A program made the translations under genes and the position numbers. A stretch of 64,000 nucleotides of DNA from Nitrospirota bacterium (GTDB lineage: Bacteria; Nitrospirota; UBA9217): NCBI GenBank assembly GCA_963790205.1, contig CAWBNQ010000010.1:93948-157947 (forward strand), read 5' to 3'. Below are positions 36,879-46,348 of the stretch, piece after piece (position 1 is the stretch's first letter; each line of letters opens with the position of its first letter). Under the pieces are notes generated by a model that had not been told where the DNA came from, ran no database searches, and saw only the letters and a program-made list of their open reading frames with translations.

Positions 36879-37435
36879 CTGAATTTTTTCATTAATTTTT
36901 GCAGTTCCTCCCGCGCCCTTGCTATGCGGGACTTGACTGTTCCTATTGAAATATCAAGGGTATCCGCGATCTCTTCGTAAGACAGCTCCTCAATTTCCTT
37001 GAGGAGGATGATTGCCCGGAATTTCGGGGACAATTTCCCAAGACTTTCCTGTAATGCCCGGCCTATCTGCTTTGACTGGTAGATTTGTTCCGGAGATGGC
37101 GCATCCGAAACCCGGTCATGAACGAGCCTTTCCCCTTCGCCTGAGTTGCCGAAGAGGGACTCAAAGACCGGCTTTTTCCTGTAATCAATGCAGGTGTTGG
37201 TTGCGATGCGATAGAGCCAGGTATAGAGCGATGCTTCGGGCTTGAATTTGGGCAGGGCCTGGTAGGCCTTCAGGAAAACGTTCTGCGCGACGTCCTCCGC
37301 GTCAGCAGCGTTCCCGAGCATGTGCCTGCAGAGGTTGTATATTTTGTCCTGGTACTTGTTGATGATCTCTCCGAATGCCGATGTATCCCCGTTCTTGAAG
37401 CTTTTTATGAGATTGAGATCATCAGAATTTTGCAT
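36863..37435 (-). CDS. ECF RNA polymerase sigma factor
   Basis: AEDVAQNVF, YTWLYRIATNTC, LSYEEIADTL..GTVKSRIARAR. Confidence 0.93.
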   Translation of the reverse strand: MQNSDDLNLIKSFKNGDTSAFGEIINKYQDKIYNLCRHMLGNAADAEDVAQNVFLKAYQALPKFKPEASLYTWLYRIATNTCIDYRKKPVFESLFGNSGEGERLVHDRVSDAPSPEQIYQSKQIGRALQESLGKLSPKFRAIILLKEIEELSYEEIADTLDISIGTVKSRIARAREELQKLMKKFREQNP

Positions 37436-37492
37436 AAGCGTATTCAAAACACGGGCGCGGGCACCGTCCACCACCCGCTCCCATGCGGGAGC

Positions 37493-37647
37493 TCCTTGTG
37501 AGGGCCGTAATGTTGGCGACATAGATGCTCCGGCCGCCTGTTTCCCTGTTTGCCCGATCCATTGCCTCGGCGCAGCGCTTGACCCGCTCCTCAAAAGGAG
37601 AGCAGCACTGGTCCGTGAACCCATGGTCGTCCTTGACCATGTCCATG
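37493..37647 (-). pseudogene. Duplicated internal fragment of the RuBisCO-like gene (direct repeat of 20980..21135)
   Basis: 155 vs 156 nt with 5 transitions and a 1-nt deletion; encodes MDMVKDDHG...YVANITA. Confidence 0.95.
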
Positions 37648-37836
37648 TTAGCCAGCCAAGAATTTGTTGGGTTTGCTATCACGAACCCGATATGTATTCT
37701 GCGCATCCACTATGACTGGAGCATGTGCATGATTCAGGATGGAGAGTTCACTGCAAACCACTATTGGAATTCGTCACTTCACCACTGTCCCTGGCACTCC
37801 AAAAGCATGAATGCCCACGGATCTGCATTAATCATA

Positions 37837-39147
37837 TCACCCAAGTTCACGCGGTACCTCCGCCGCTGGCTTTGTTTTTTTGCGGCCCAGAAAATAGACG
37901 GTGGAAGCCCCCAGGACGCAGAAAAGGCCGCCCGCCTGCAAGGCGTGGCCTGAACCGACCCGTTGGCCGATGACACCCATCCAAAAGCTGCCGATAGGCA
38001 TGCTCCCGCCGAAGACCAGTGCCCAGATCCCCATCAGCCTTCCCCGCAGGTGATCAGGGGATTGGGTTTGGATGATGCTGTTCCCGATGGAGAAAAAGAG
38101 GATGATGCCGAACCCGGCGAAGAAAAGAAGGAAGGCCGCGCCGACCGGTTGATACATGAAACCGAAAAGAATGATGAACGCTCCATACATGCCCGCGCCG
38201 GTATACAGCGTTTTAGCGCGGACTAAGCGGGACCCTTGGGAGGCGACGAATAAAGCGGCGGTACAGGCGCCGAGACCGTTCAGGGCCAGAAGCCAGCCAT
38301 AGCCCTGGGCGTCCATATGCAGTTGGGTCACCACGAAGGCGGAGAGCTGGGATTGGTAGGCCCAGCCTCCCAGTCCCATGATGAAAAGCAGGGTTATTGC
38401 CTGGGCTATGGTTGAATTTGCTTTTAGATATTTGAAGCCTTCTAAAATATGTTTCCAGTCGCCTTTTATCTTTTTCGGCGCGTAGTGCGACGCGGGAAGC
38501 TGGATTCTGTGAAGCGCGTAAAGGACCGCCAGATAACTCATGGCATCCAGAAGAAAGCACCAGGCAGCTCCGACGGAAGCCAGTAAAAGGCCTCCGACGG
38601 CGGGACCGATGACCCGGGTCGAATTCACCATGGCGCTGTTCAGCGCAATGGCGTTCACCAGATCTTTTTTGCCCACCAGCTCCACCATGAGGCTCTGCCG
38701 GGACGGCATCTCAAAGGCGATGGACAGCCCCCAGAGGGCGGAAAAGATCATGAGATAGGCAATGTGAACGGGACCACGGAACAACATGACGGCCAACGTC
38801 AATGAAGACAGCAGCGAAAACCAGCTCGTCAACGTAAAGATCCTGATCTTGGGTATACGGTCGGCCAGAGAACCGGCATACACGGCGAAAAGGAAAATAG
38901 GCAGGGAATTGAGCATGAACACAATACCCAGCAAAAATTCCGAATGAGTGAACTGAAAGGCAACCCAGCCCAGGGCCGCGGTGCGGGTCCAGGTGCCGAT
39001 CAGGGAAACGGTCTGCCCCGAATAAAAATAGCGGTAATTGGGATTGCGTAAGGCGGAAAACGTTTTATGCCATCCTGCGGTAGGGGGCAGCCCCGCGTTC
39101 GTTGCCTCGGCTTGTTGCAGTGTTTCCTGGGAGTCTTCCGGTTTCAA
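37837..39147 (-). CDS. MFS transporter (MFS_3/H+ antiporter-like)
   Basis: AGSLADR, MPSRQS, NAIALNS..RVIGPAVGG, PDHLRGR. Confidence 0.92.
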   Translation of the reverse strand: MKPEDSQETLQQAEATNAGLPPTAGWHKTFSALRNPNYRYFYSGQTVSLIGTWTRTAALGWVAFQFTHSEFLLGIVFMLNSLPIFLFAVYAGSLADRIPKIRIFTLTSWFSLLSSLTLAVMLFRGPVHIAYLMIFSALWGLSIAFEMPSRQSLMVELVGKKDLVNAIALNSAMVNSTRVIGPAVGGLLLASVGAAWCFLLDAMSYLAVLYALHRIQLPASHYAPKKIKGDWKHILEGFKYLKANSTIAQAITLLFIMGLGGWAYQSQLSAFVVTQLHMDAQGYGWLLALNGLGACTAALFVASQGSRLVRAKTLYTGAGMYGAFIILFGFMYQPVGAAFLLFFAGFGIILFFSIGNSIIQTQSPDHLRGRLMGIWALVFGGSMPIGSFWMGVIGQRVGSGHALQAGGLFCVLGASTVYFLGRKKTKPAAEVPRELG

Positions 39148-39717
39148 TCAATCCCCCTGTTCTGCGATGAAAGCATCCACGGTGAGGACCGCTGCCTGTG
39201 CCGGGAAGATCTTCTCGGTGAGTACGCGGTGAACTTCCTGATCAGCGTCGAAACAGGCGTCCTTGAGGACCACGCAGCGGAAATCCAGGTCGAATGCGCG
39301 CCGGAGGGTGGAGAGCGTGATGCCGCTCGTCGAAATGCCGAAGAATACCAGGTTTTCAATGCCACGGGAGCGGAGAATCAGGTGGAGATGGTTCTCCGAA
39401 AATGCGGATACTCGCTGCTTATAGACCACCAGCTCTCCGGGACGGGCGATAGCATCATCGAATTCGGCGGACGGGGTATCCTTCACGAAGAGATTGTTCT
39501 GCTTCACCCTCTTAAAGGGGGTGTCGATATCCGGAACCTCAGGATGGCCTTCGGAAAACCCAAGCCCCACATGGATAATGTGAAACTGTTTCTTTCGGGC
39601 GAATTCCACGGCCTTGGATGCATTCGGGATGATTACCTCGGCTCCGGGGACAAATCCAAAAATCCCTTTCTGGCAATCGAGCGTCAGCAAAGCTGTTTTT
39701 TTCGGATCAAGTTTCAT
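39148..39717 (-). CDS. Isochorismatase-family (cysteine hydrolase fold) protein
   Basis: TALLTLDCQ, KQRVSAF, GISTSG, DAC. Confidence 0.88.
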   Translation of the reverse strand: MKLDPKKTALLTLDCQKGIFGFVPGAEVIIPNASKAVEFARKKQFHIIHVGLGFSEGHPEVPDIDTPFKRVKQNNLFVKDTPSAEFDDAIARPGELVVYKQRVSAFSENHLHLILRSRGIENLVFFGISTSGITLSTLRRAFDLDFRCVVLKDACFDADQEVHRVLTEKIFPAQAAVLTVDAFIAEQGD

Positions 39718-40121
39718 ATGCCTTCCTTTCTCGTTTTTTCGATGTCGTAAAAAATCACCGCGATGCCATCGAGCATTTTTTTCTGGTCGCTTGCAGAAGG
39801 ATTTTTTATCGCGTCCACATACTTCTCTGTCGCTTTCAGGCGAACACGTCCCGTCATGGCAGTGCCCTTCGGAGTCAGGCTCGGTTTTATCTGCCTTCGA
39901 TCAGCGGGATGAGGATCACGGCGGACAAAACCGAAGCTGACCAGATGATCAACGATTTTGGACATGGCAGGTTGGGCGATCTGTACGCTTCGGGCCAGTT
40001 TGCCGACTTGGTCTTTTTCATACTCAATGGCGAGCAAAATCCGAAGTTGAGTAAAGGTCAGCTCTTTAACGTCCGGATGAGAGCGCACCTTATACCTCGC
40101 GGGGTTGACTTCCTCCTTCAA
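39714..40121 (-). CDS. MarR-family regulator, possibly 5'-truncated
   Basis: LTFTQLRIL, MSKIVDHLV..G.V.R...DRR...LTPKG; weak TTG start with an in-frame stop at 40143. Confidence 0.7.
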   Translation of the reverse strand: MKEEVNPARYKVRSHPDVKELTFTQLRILLAIEYEKDQVGKLARSVQIAQPAMSKIVDHLVSFGFVRRDPHPADRRQIKPSLTPKGTAMTGRVRLKATEKYVDAIKNPSASDQKKMLDGIAVIFYDIEKTRKEGI

Positions 40122-40288
40122 GGAGACGATGTACGTTATGTGTTAGGGGAGCAACCTTCCTGGGTGCTACGTGTTGCCATTGAAAATTATAACACACCCA
40201 TGATAAATCGGAGCGTCCCAATTATCTTGACATTATTTGACACAATGCTGTAATCTCAATAGAGTTCAACCTATAGGAGACAACGCTC

Positions 40289-40651
40289 GTGGTCATTAAT
40301 AACTTAACCCAAAAAACCGCATCATATCGTTTTCTGATGAAGCTTGAGGCTGACGTACAGCACATTTGTAAGATGAAATCAACGGAATGGGAAAAATCAT
40401 TAAATTGTGGGGCGTTCATTTTTGAGTTGAAGGACAGTATTAACGGATTTATATCGAAAGACTTGAAATCCTGTAAAAAGAATGAGAAAACGATTATAAA
40501 GGATTGCCTTGTTGAGATTCGCAAGATATTGCGATTACTTCAAATCTCCTATGGAACAAAAGTTTCTTCCCTTACGATTCATAGCATGGTTTCGGACATG
40601 CGGAGCTATATCCAGGACACTCGCACCAAGCTTGGGAATGTGTTATCGTGA
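40289..40651 (+). CDS. Hypothetical protein in an AT-rich patch
   Basis: 120-aa ORF preceded by AGGAG; no recognised motif. Confidence 0.4.
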   Translation: MVINNLTQKTASYRFLMKLEADVQHICKMKSTEWEKSLNCGAFIFELKDSINGFISKDLKSCKKNEKTIIKDCLVEIRKILRLLQISYGTKVSSLTIHSMVSDMRSYIQDTRTKLGNVLS

Positions 40652-40712
40652 GCTTTCGTTGATCTCGAATCGTTAGAACTGAATAAGCATTTTATTATGT
40701 GCTATTGTTGGC

Positions 40713-42710
40713 CTACAACGCCTCCGCCTTCGCCGCGCTGTGGACCGCCGTGATATGGGTCCTGGCAAGCTCGTCCTCGGAAACATCGAACTGCTGTCTG
40801 CTCATCGCCTCCACCTCTTTGATCAGGGAGAGCGCGTCCATCTTGTGTTCTTTCAGGAGATACTGTTTGCTCGCCCCATGGCTGAAAGTATCGCGAAGAC
40901 CGATGCGCGCGAGCTTCTTATCCATGCCTGCTTCCGCCATCTTCTCCGCGATGATGCTGCCGAGCCCTCCAACGATGGTGTGGTTTTCCATGGTGATCAC
41001 GCCGTAGCGCGATTTCGTTATCGCCTCAAGTACGGACTCGTCGTTGAACGGTTTGAGCGTCGAGATATGCATGTGCTGGATCGACATCCCCCGTTTCCGG
41101 AGCGCCTGCGCGGCCCGCATCGCCTCTTCGGTCATGATGCCGCTGGTCACGAGCGTGATATCGCTCCCTTCGGAAATCACTCTGGCCTTGCCGAACTTCA
41201 TCGGGCTGTCAAAAAGCCGGGGTATCTCGCCCCGAAGCATGCGCACGTACACCGGGCCGTTGATCGTTTCGATCACATCGAGGACCGACTCCACATCTGC
41301 AGCGTCACCGCATTCGAGCACCGCCATGTTCGGGAGCGAGCGCATGAGCGAGATGTCCTCAATGGCCTGGTGGGTCGCGCCTCCCGGCGTCGTGATGCCG
41401 GGAAGGAATCCGATCATGCGTACAGGAAGGTTGGGATAGGCAACGGACATGGCGATCTGGTCATAGGAGCGGCGGTAGATGAAGACCGCGAAGGTGTGCA
41501 CAAAGGGGATGAACCCTTCCCGCGCAAGACCGGCGGCAAAGCTCAGCATGTTCTGTTCGGCAATCCCCAGGGAAAGGAAGCGGTCGGGGTACGTATCTCG
41601 AAAAAGGTCGATCTCCGTCGAACTCGTGAGATCCGCCGAGAGCACCAGCACCTTCGGCTTGTCAGCGGCCCACGTGACGAGGTTCCTCGCATGCACCCGT
41701 GAAACAATTTCAGGTGAACCGGGTGGAGCAGGAGCAGGTTGAGGTCCAGGCCGAGGTTGAGAATTCCCCTTAACCTCAACCTTATCCTGAAGTTCAGCCA
41801 GAGCGTCCCTGTAGCGGCCCTTTTCCTCTTCGCTCGTAAAGCGGACATAGTGCATTTTCGGAACGCGTGATTTCAGGACCTCAAGCCCCCGCGCGGCATC
41901 GGTGTCGCACAGCACAACGATCGGCCTGCCGTCCGGTGTCACTGCTCCGGCCTCGGCAACCTTTTTGATATCGTGACCGCCCATCCGAAACACCCGCGCA
42001 CCAAAGGACTCGATCCTCTTGTCCAGGGGTTCGATATCCATGACATTGCACATCTTCCCGTCGCACTGGAAACCGTTCACGTCAACATAAATGGTCACAT
42101 TGTCAAGCATGTGGAAGGACATGACCTGGAGCGCCTCCCAGGTCTGGCCGATCTGGAACTCTCCGTCGGACATGAAGACGAAGACCCGGCCCTTCTCCCC
42201 TTTTCTCTTTCTGGCCATGGCAATGCCGGCAGCTTGGCTGATCCCCTGGCCGAGCGATCCGGTCATGGTCTCCATGCCGGGCGAGTGCTCTGCCCCGATC
42301 ATCTCGACGGAGCTGCCGTCCTTGTTGAATTGAAGAAGCCCCTCTTCCGCCATGCGGCCGGTCTCGATGAGGGCAGCGTACAGGACCAGGGCATACTGGG
42401 CAGGCGAGAGGAAGAAGCGGTCGTGATCTTTACCGGGGCCGTTGAATGCGGCTCCTGTAAAGTAATCCGGATTTTTCGGGCCAGGTACGCCGGGAAACGG
42501 CTTTGGCACGAGCGGAACATCAATCTTTCCGAGATTCATGACCTTCACATAGAGGGTCGCGAGGATCTCTGCCGAGGAACAGGCCTGGGAAAGATACCCT
42601 CCGTTGTTTCTGATCGTATGCTCGAGCACGCGCCGCCGTATGCCGGCTGCAACGCGCCTTACTTCGTCCTGCCAGGGAGGGGATACCGTTCTTCTATCTG
42701 TCGCCTTCAT
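40713..42710 (-). CDS. Transketolase-family enzyme (fused N- and C-terminal halves)
   Basis: TGSLGQG, SDGE..GQTWEA..N TPP motif, GIAEQNM, GGATHQ, ENHTIVGGLG. Confidence 0.9.
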   Translation of the reverse strand: MKATDRRTVSPPWQDEVRRVAAGIRRRVLEHTIRNNGGYLSQACSSAEILATLYVKVMNLGKIDVPLVPKPFPGVPGPKNPDYFTGAAFNGPGKDHDRFFLSPAQYALVLYAALIETGRMAEEGLLQFNKDGSSVEMIGAEHSPGMETMTGSLGQGISQAAGIAMARKRKGEKGRVFVFMSDGEFQIGQTWEALQVMSFHMLDNVTIYVDVNGFQCDGKMCNVMDIEPLDKRIESFGARVFRMGGHDIKKVAEAGAVTPDGRPIVVLCDTDAARGLEVLKSRVPKMHYVRFTSEEEKGRYRDALAELQDKVEVKGNSQPRPGPQPAPAPPGSPEIVSRVHARNLVTWAADKPKVLVLSADLTSSTEIDLFRDTYPDRFLSLGIAEQNMLSFAAGLAREGFIPFVHTFAVFIYRRSYDQIAMSVAYPNLPVRMIGFLPGITTPGGATHQAIEDISLMRSLPNMAVLECGDAADVESVLDVIETINGPVYVRMLRGEIPRLFDSPMKFGKARVISEGSDITLVTSGIMTEEAMRAAQALRKRGMSIQHMHISTLKPFNDESVLEAITKSRYGVITMENHTIVGGLGSIIAEKMAEAGMDKKLARIGLRDTFSHGASKQYLLKEHKMDALSLIKEVEAMSRQQFDVSEDELARTHITAVHSAAKAEAL

Positions 42711-43006
42711 AGTTCTCCGATTTTTCCAAAAAAAATCCTCTCCAGCCACCAAGGTCGCAGAGGGCTCAGAGAAAGGCCTTATTTATTAAGTTACAAGATC
42801 AACTCTGTGTTCTCTGCGGCAGGATGGCTAATGTTTGATGACGTTGATTATCACGCAAGGATGGATAGGAGTCAAGGTGAAATTGTTGCGGAAATTTCGC
42901 ACTGAATGAAAGGGAATTTACGCACTGGCCTTGAACGGTTGCGGCGGCCCCTGTTGAGCGTGACCGTCGGTCTCACGGTCATCAGATTACGCCCGGACCC
43001 GGGGCA

Positions 43007-44011
43007 TCAGTGAGAGATGTAATCGGCAAGGTCGAGCAGGCGCCGCGCGTATCCGTATTCATTGTCATACCACACGAGCATTTTGACAACCTTGTCCATG
43101 ATGACTTTGGTGGCGTTGGCGTCCACAATACCCGAATGCTCGTCCCCGATAATATCAGCGGACACCAGTTCGTCTTCGGTGTATCCCAGAATGCCTTTCA
43201 TTTCTCCTTCGGCAAACCGTTTAAATACGGCGTTCACCATCTCCGACGTCACGTCTTTCTTTACCCGCGCCGTAATGTCGATGAGCGACCCGTTGGCAAC
43301 CGGAACGCGCACGGCGACGGCGGATATTTTCCCTTTGAGCTCCGGGAGAACGCGTTCCGTTGCCGTTGCGGCCCCCGTGCTGGCCGGTATCAGCGACACG
43401 GCTGCGGCCCGGCCACGCCGCCGGTGTCTGGGGGAGGACCTGTCTATGATTGCCTGGCTGGACGTATAAGCGTGGACCGTTGTTGCCGTGAGGTAATCAA
43501 TCCCGAAGGCGTCATTCAGCGCCTTGGCCACGGGTGCCAGGCAGTTGGTGGTACAGGAAGCATTCGAGATTATACGATGTTTTTCAGGATCGTATAATTT
43601 CTCGTTCACTCCCAGCACAACGGTAAGGTCCTCGTTTTTCGCTTCCGCGCTGATGATGACTTTCGATGCCCCGGCTGTCAGGTGTTTTTCTGCATCTTCC
43701 CTCTTTCGAAAGAGTCCCGTGCACTCCAGGACCAGGTCCACCTTGTTCGTATGCCACGGCAGGTTTTCAGGGTCTTTCTCGTGGAAAATGGCTATTCTCC
43801 GGGGACCGATATCGAGATAATCCGGGCCGGTCTTGAGCTCGAACGGGGCCCGTCCGTGAACGGAATCGTACCTGATCAGATAGGCGAGCTCCTCGACCGG
43901 TGCCGGACTGTTGGCCGCGACAAGAGTGACATGCTTCGGCGGGTTCGTTACAGAGAGGCGCAGGACCAGGCGGCCGATGCGCCCCAGCCCGTTAATGGCC
44001 ATTTTTTTCAT
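43007..44011 (-). CDS. gap: Type I glyceraldehyde-3-phosphate dehydrogenase
   Basis: INGLGRIGR, SNASCTTNCLAP, WYDNEYGY. Confidence 0.95.
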   Translation of the reverse strand: MKKMAINGLGRIGRLVLRLSVTNPPKHVTLVAANSPAPVEELAYLIRYDSVHGRAPFELKTGPDYLDIGPRRIAIFHEKDPENLPWHTNKVDLVLECTGLFRKREDAEKHLTAGASKVIISAEAKNEDLTVVLGVNEKLYDPEKHRIISNASCTTNCLAPVAKALNDAFGIDYLTATTVHAYTSSQAIIDRSSPRHRRRGRAAAVSLIPASTGAATATERVLPELKGKISAVAVRVPVANGSLIDITARVKKDVTSEMVNAVFKRFAEGEMKGILGYTEDELVSADIIGDEHSGIVDANATKVIMDKVVKMLVWYDNEYGYARRLLDLADYISH

Positions 44012-44118
44012 GAAATAGCTCCTCGTTCCCATACCTCCTTGCAAATTGCATCTCGATCTGGAGCAGGTATTGGAATTTATTCTTGCATAAGGAAAGCCCC
44101 CATGCTATAACGTAACCC

Positions 44119-44709
44119 ATGTCAACCACTCCCACCCTTGAAGAACAGGTATCCATGGCCGGCCTCGCCTACGGCAGGCGGCATGATATCTCTTACCGGG
44201 CTGGGCTCGTGCTGCAGGTGCTCGGCGCGGCCGTGCTGGCCGTTCTGTATCCGCTGGAGAATCCGTTTTACACCGCCGGGGTCATGCTCTTCGAACTCGG
44301 CGTACTCCTCTCTGCCGCTTACCTTCTCGTCTGGATGTCCTGGGTCAGGAAGATCGTACTAGGGTCGGTGCTTATCGGACTCGTGCTTCAGGTGGTTGCG
44401 TACCTCGTCGGACCGGAGCAGTACGCAGGGTCGGCCATAATTGCCGGGGTCGGCTTTGTATGCGCGGGTGCCGCGGGCATGGCGGGCAAGGAGGCCTATT
44501 GTTTCGGCTACCGAGAAGGCTGGCTGCTCATGATGGTGGTGTTCCCCGTCTTGGTGCTCGAAAATATCATCGGCCGGGAGAACCGCGTCTTCAATTCTCT
44601 CGGGTTCTCGGTCCTGTTCCTTCTGCTCCTTTCCCTCACAAGCAAGAAGCTCAGGCAGCGGCTGCTGTCGCCATGCACGGCGAACGTCTGCGGAACGTCG
44701 GATAAATGA
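44119..44709 (+). CDS. Integral membrane protein (DUF2301-like)
   Basis: YRAGL N-terminus, about 6 TMs, GKEAYCFGYREG. Confidence 0.7.
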   Translation: MSTTPTLEEQVSMAGLAYGRRHDISYRAGLVLQVLGAAVLAVLYPLENPFYTAGVMLFELGVLLSAAYLLVWMSWVRKIVLGSVLIGLVLQVVAYLVGPEQYAGSAIIAGVGFVCAGAAGMAGKEAYCFGYREGWLLMMVVFPVLVLENIIGRENRVFNSLGFSVLFLLLLSLTSKKLRQRLLSPCTANVCGTSDK

Positions 44710-44749
44710 GGATGTATAAGGGCCTTTAGTCTGTTTTTCTGCTTCCTTC

Positions 44750-46282
44750 CTACTTCCTGCTTTCCGTCTTCTGTCCTCTGTCTTCCTTGTCCGTCCCGGA
44801 CGCATACTGGTGATAGGTATGCATCCCGAGCTTCAAAAGACCTTTTTCGATCAGGCGCCGGGCGGATTCAGCCACTTTTGGGTCAAACTGGCGGCCCGAT
44901 TCGCGCTCAAGCTCCAGGAGCACTTCCTGGCTCGAAATGGTCCCGCGGTAGGGCCGCTCGGAGACCATGGCATCGATCGTATCAGCGACATTGAGCACTC
45001 TTGCCGGGAGCGTAATCTGCTCGCCGGAAAGCCCCCGGGGATAGCCTTTCCCATCGTAGCGTTCATGATGCTGAGAGATGGCATTGATAATGGTGGAAGA
45101 AAAACCGATGGGTTCCAGGATCCTGATCCCGTGTGCGGGATGCTCTTTCATGATGTCGAACTCCTCACGGCTCAGCCGGGCCGGCTTGCTGATAATGAGC
45201 TCGCTGATGCCGATCTTCCCCACATCGTGCAGGATCGCGGCGATGTGCATCTCTTCAAGCTGCGTGGGACTCATGCCCAGGTCTCGTGCTACCGCCACGG
45301 CATATTTCGCCACATTGGTCGAGTGCCAGCGCGTATAGGGGTCCTTGGCCTCCACCGCCGCCACGAGCGCCTGCACGGTACGGAAGTAGTTTTCCCTCAG
45401 GTCTTCATAAAGCGCCGCATTTTCCATGGCGGTCACGACCTGGCTTGACAGAATGAGCACCACCTGAAGATCGCTTGCGCTGAACGGCGCGCCCGAGAAC
45501 TTGCTTACGTTGAGCACCCCGAACGCCTTGTTCTTCCCGATCAGCGGGGCTGACATGGAAGAGGATAGCATATCTTCTCTGTTAATGGCAGCCATTACGT
45601 CCTGATCAGGATGTTTCCCGGCCGTAATAATAAGTGGTTTCTTGTTCTTGAGCACCAGCCCGGCCACTCCCTCACCGGTCTTGCGCCGGGCCTTCATGGC
45701 CATGTCCGTCGGAAGCCCGTGAGAGGCCCGTATGAGCAAATCACCGCTTGCCTCATCGATGAGCATCAACGAGACCCGGTCCACCGAAAATTCCTGGACA
45801 AGGACTTCCGTGATGATCTTGAACAGATTGGCGAGGTCGATTTCGGTCACGAGGAGCTTGCTGATTTCAAAAAGGGGGATAAGCGCCTTAAGCCTGATAT
45901 TCTCGTTTTGCAGCCGGCTGCGGGTTATCGCCCGTTCCACGGCTCCGAGCAGCTCTTCCTGAGTGAAGGGCTTGAGGACGAACCCGTCAACGCCCCGCAT
46001 GAGGGACTCGATGGCCGTATCGAGTGTGCCGTGTCCCGTAATGAAAATCGTTACAATGTCCTGGTTCAGCTGCTTGACGCGCTCAAACAACTCGAGCCCG
46101 TCCATGCCGGGCATTTTGATGTCCGTAACGAGCATATCCACATCATTCCGGCTCAGCGCTTCATACGCCGCCGTCCCGTTGGGGGCCGTGGTCACCAGGT
46201 ACCCTTCCGTGGTCAGAATATGGTAACAGAGGTCCCTGATCATTTCTTCATCATCAACTACGAGTATCTTTTCTCCTGACAT
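44750..46282 (-). CDS. Response regulator REC-GAF-HD-GYP (c-di-GMP phosphodiesterase)
   Basis: ILVVDD, DIKMPGMDG, KPF; LHDVGKIG, HHERYDGKGYP. Confidence 0.93.
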   Translation of the reverse strand: MSGEKILVVDDEEMIRDLCYHILTTEGYLVTTAPNGTAAYEALSRNDVDMLVTDIKMPGMDGLELFERVKQLNQDIVTIFITGHGTLDTAIESLMRGVDGFVLKPFTQEELLGAVERAITRSRLQNENIRLKALIPLFEISKLLVTEIDLANLFKIITEVLVQEFSVDRVSLMLIDEASGDLLIRASHGLPTDMAMKARRKTGEGVAGLVLKNKKPLIITAGKHPDQDVMAAINREDMLSSSMSAPLIGKNKAFGVLNVSKFSGAPFSASDLQVVLILSSQVVTAMENAALYEDLRENYFRTVQALVAAVEAKDPYTRWHSTNVAKYAVAVARDLGMSPTQLEEMHIAAILHDVGKIGISELIISKPARLSREEFDIMKEHPAHGIRILEPIGFSSTIINAISQHHERYDGKGYPRGLSGEQITLPARVLNVADTIDAMVSERPYRGTISSQEVLLELERESGRQFDPKVAESARRLIEKGLLKLGMHTYHQYASGTDKEDRGQKTESRK

Positions 46283-46348
46283 TGCTGCTCCTTCAGTTTC
46301 TCTCGAGTTACCGTCATGTTTTGCTGTTTGATCGCTTACGATGACAAG

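Noticed and set aside
37436..37624. 63-aa N-terminal extension of the second ECF sigma
   Set aside because: It is an off-frame reading of the duplicated RLP fragment; ATG 37435 gives a normal-length sigma.
37493..37647. RLP duplicate as a diversity-generating retroelement template
   Set aside because: Mismatches are not adenine-specific on one strand, and no reverse transcriptase is in the window.
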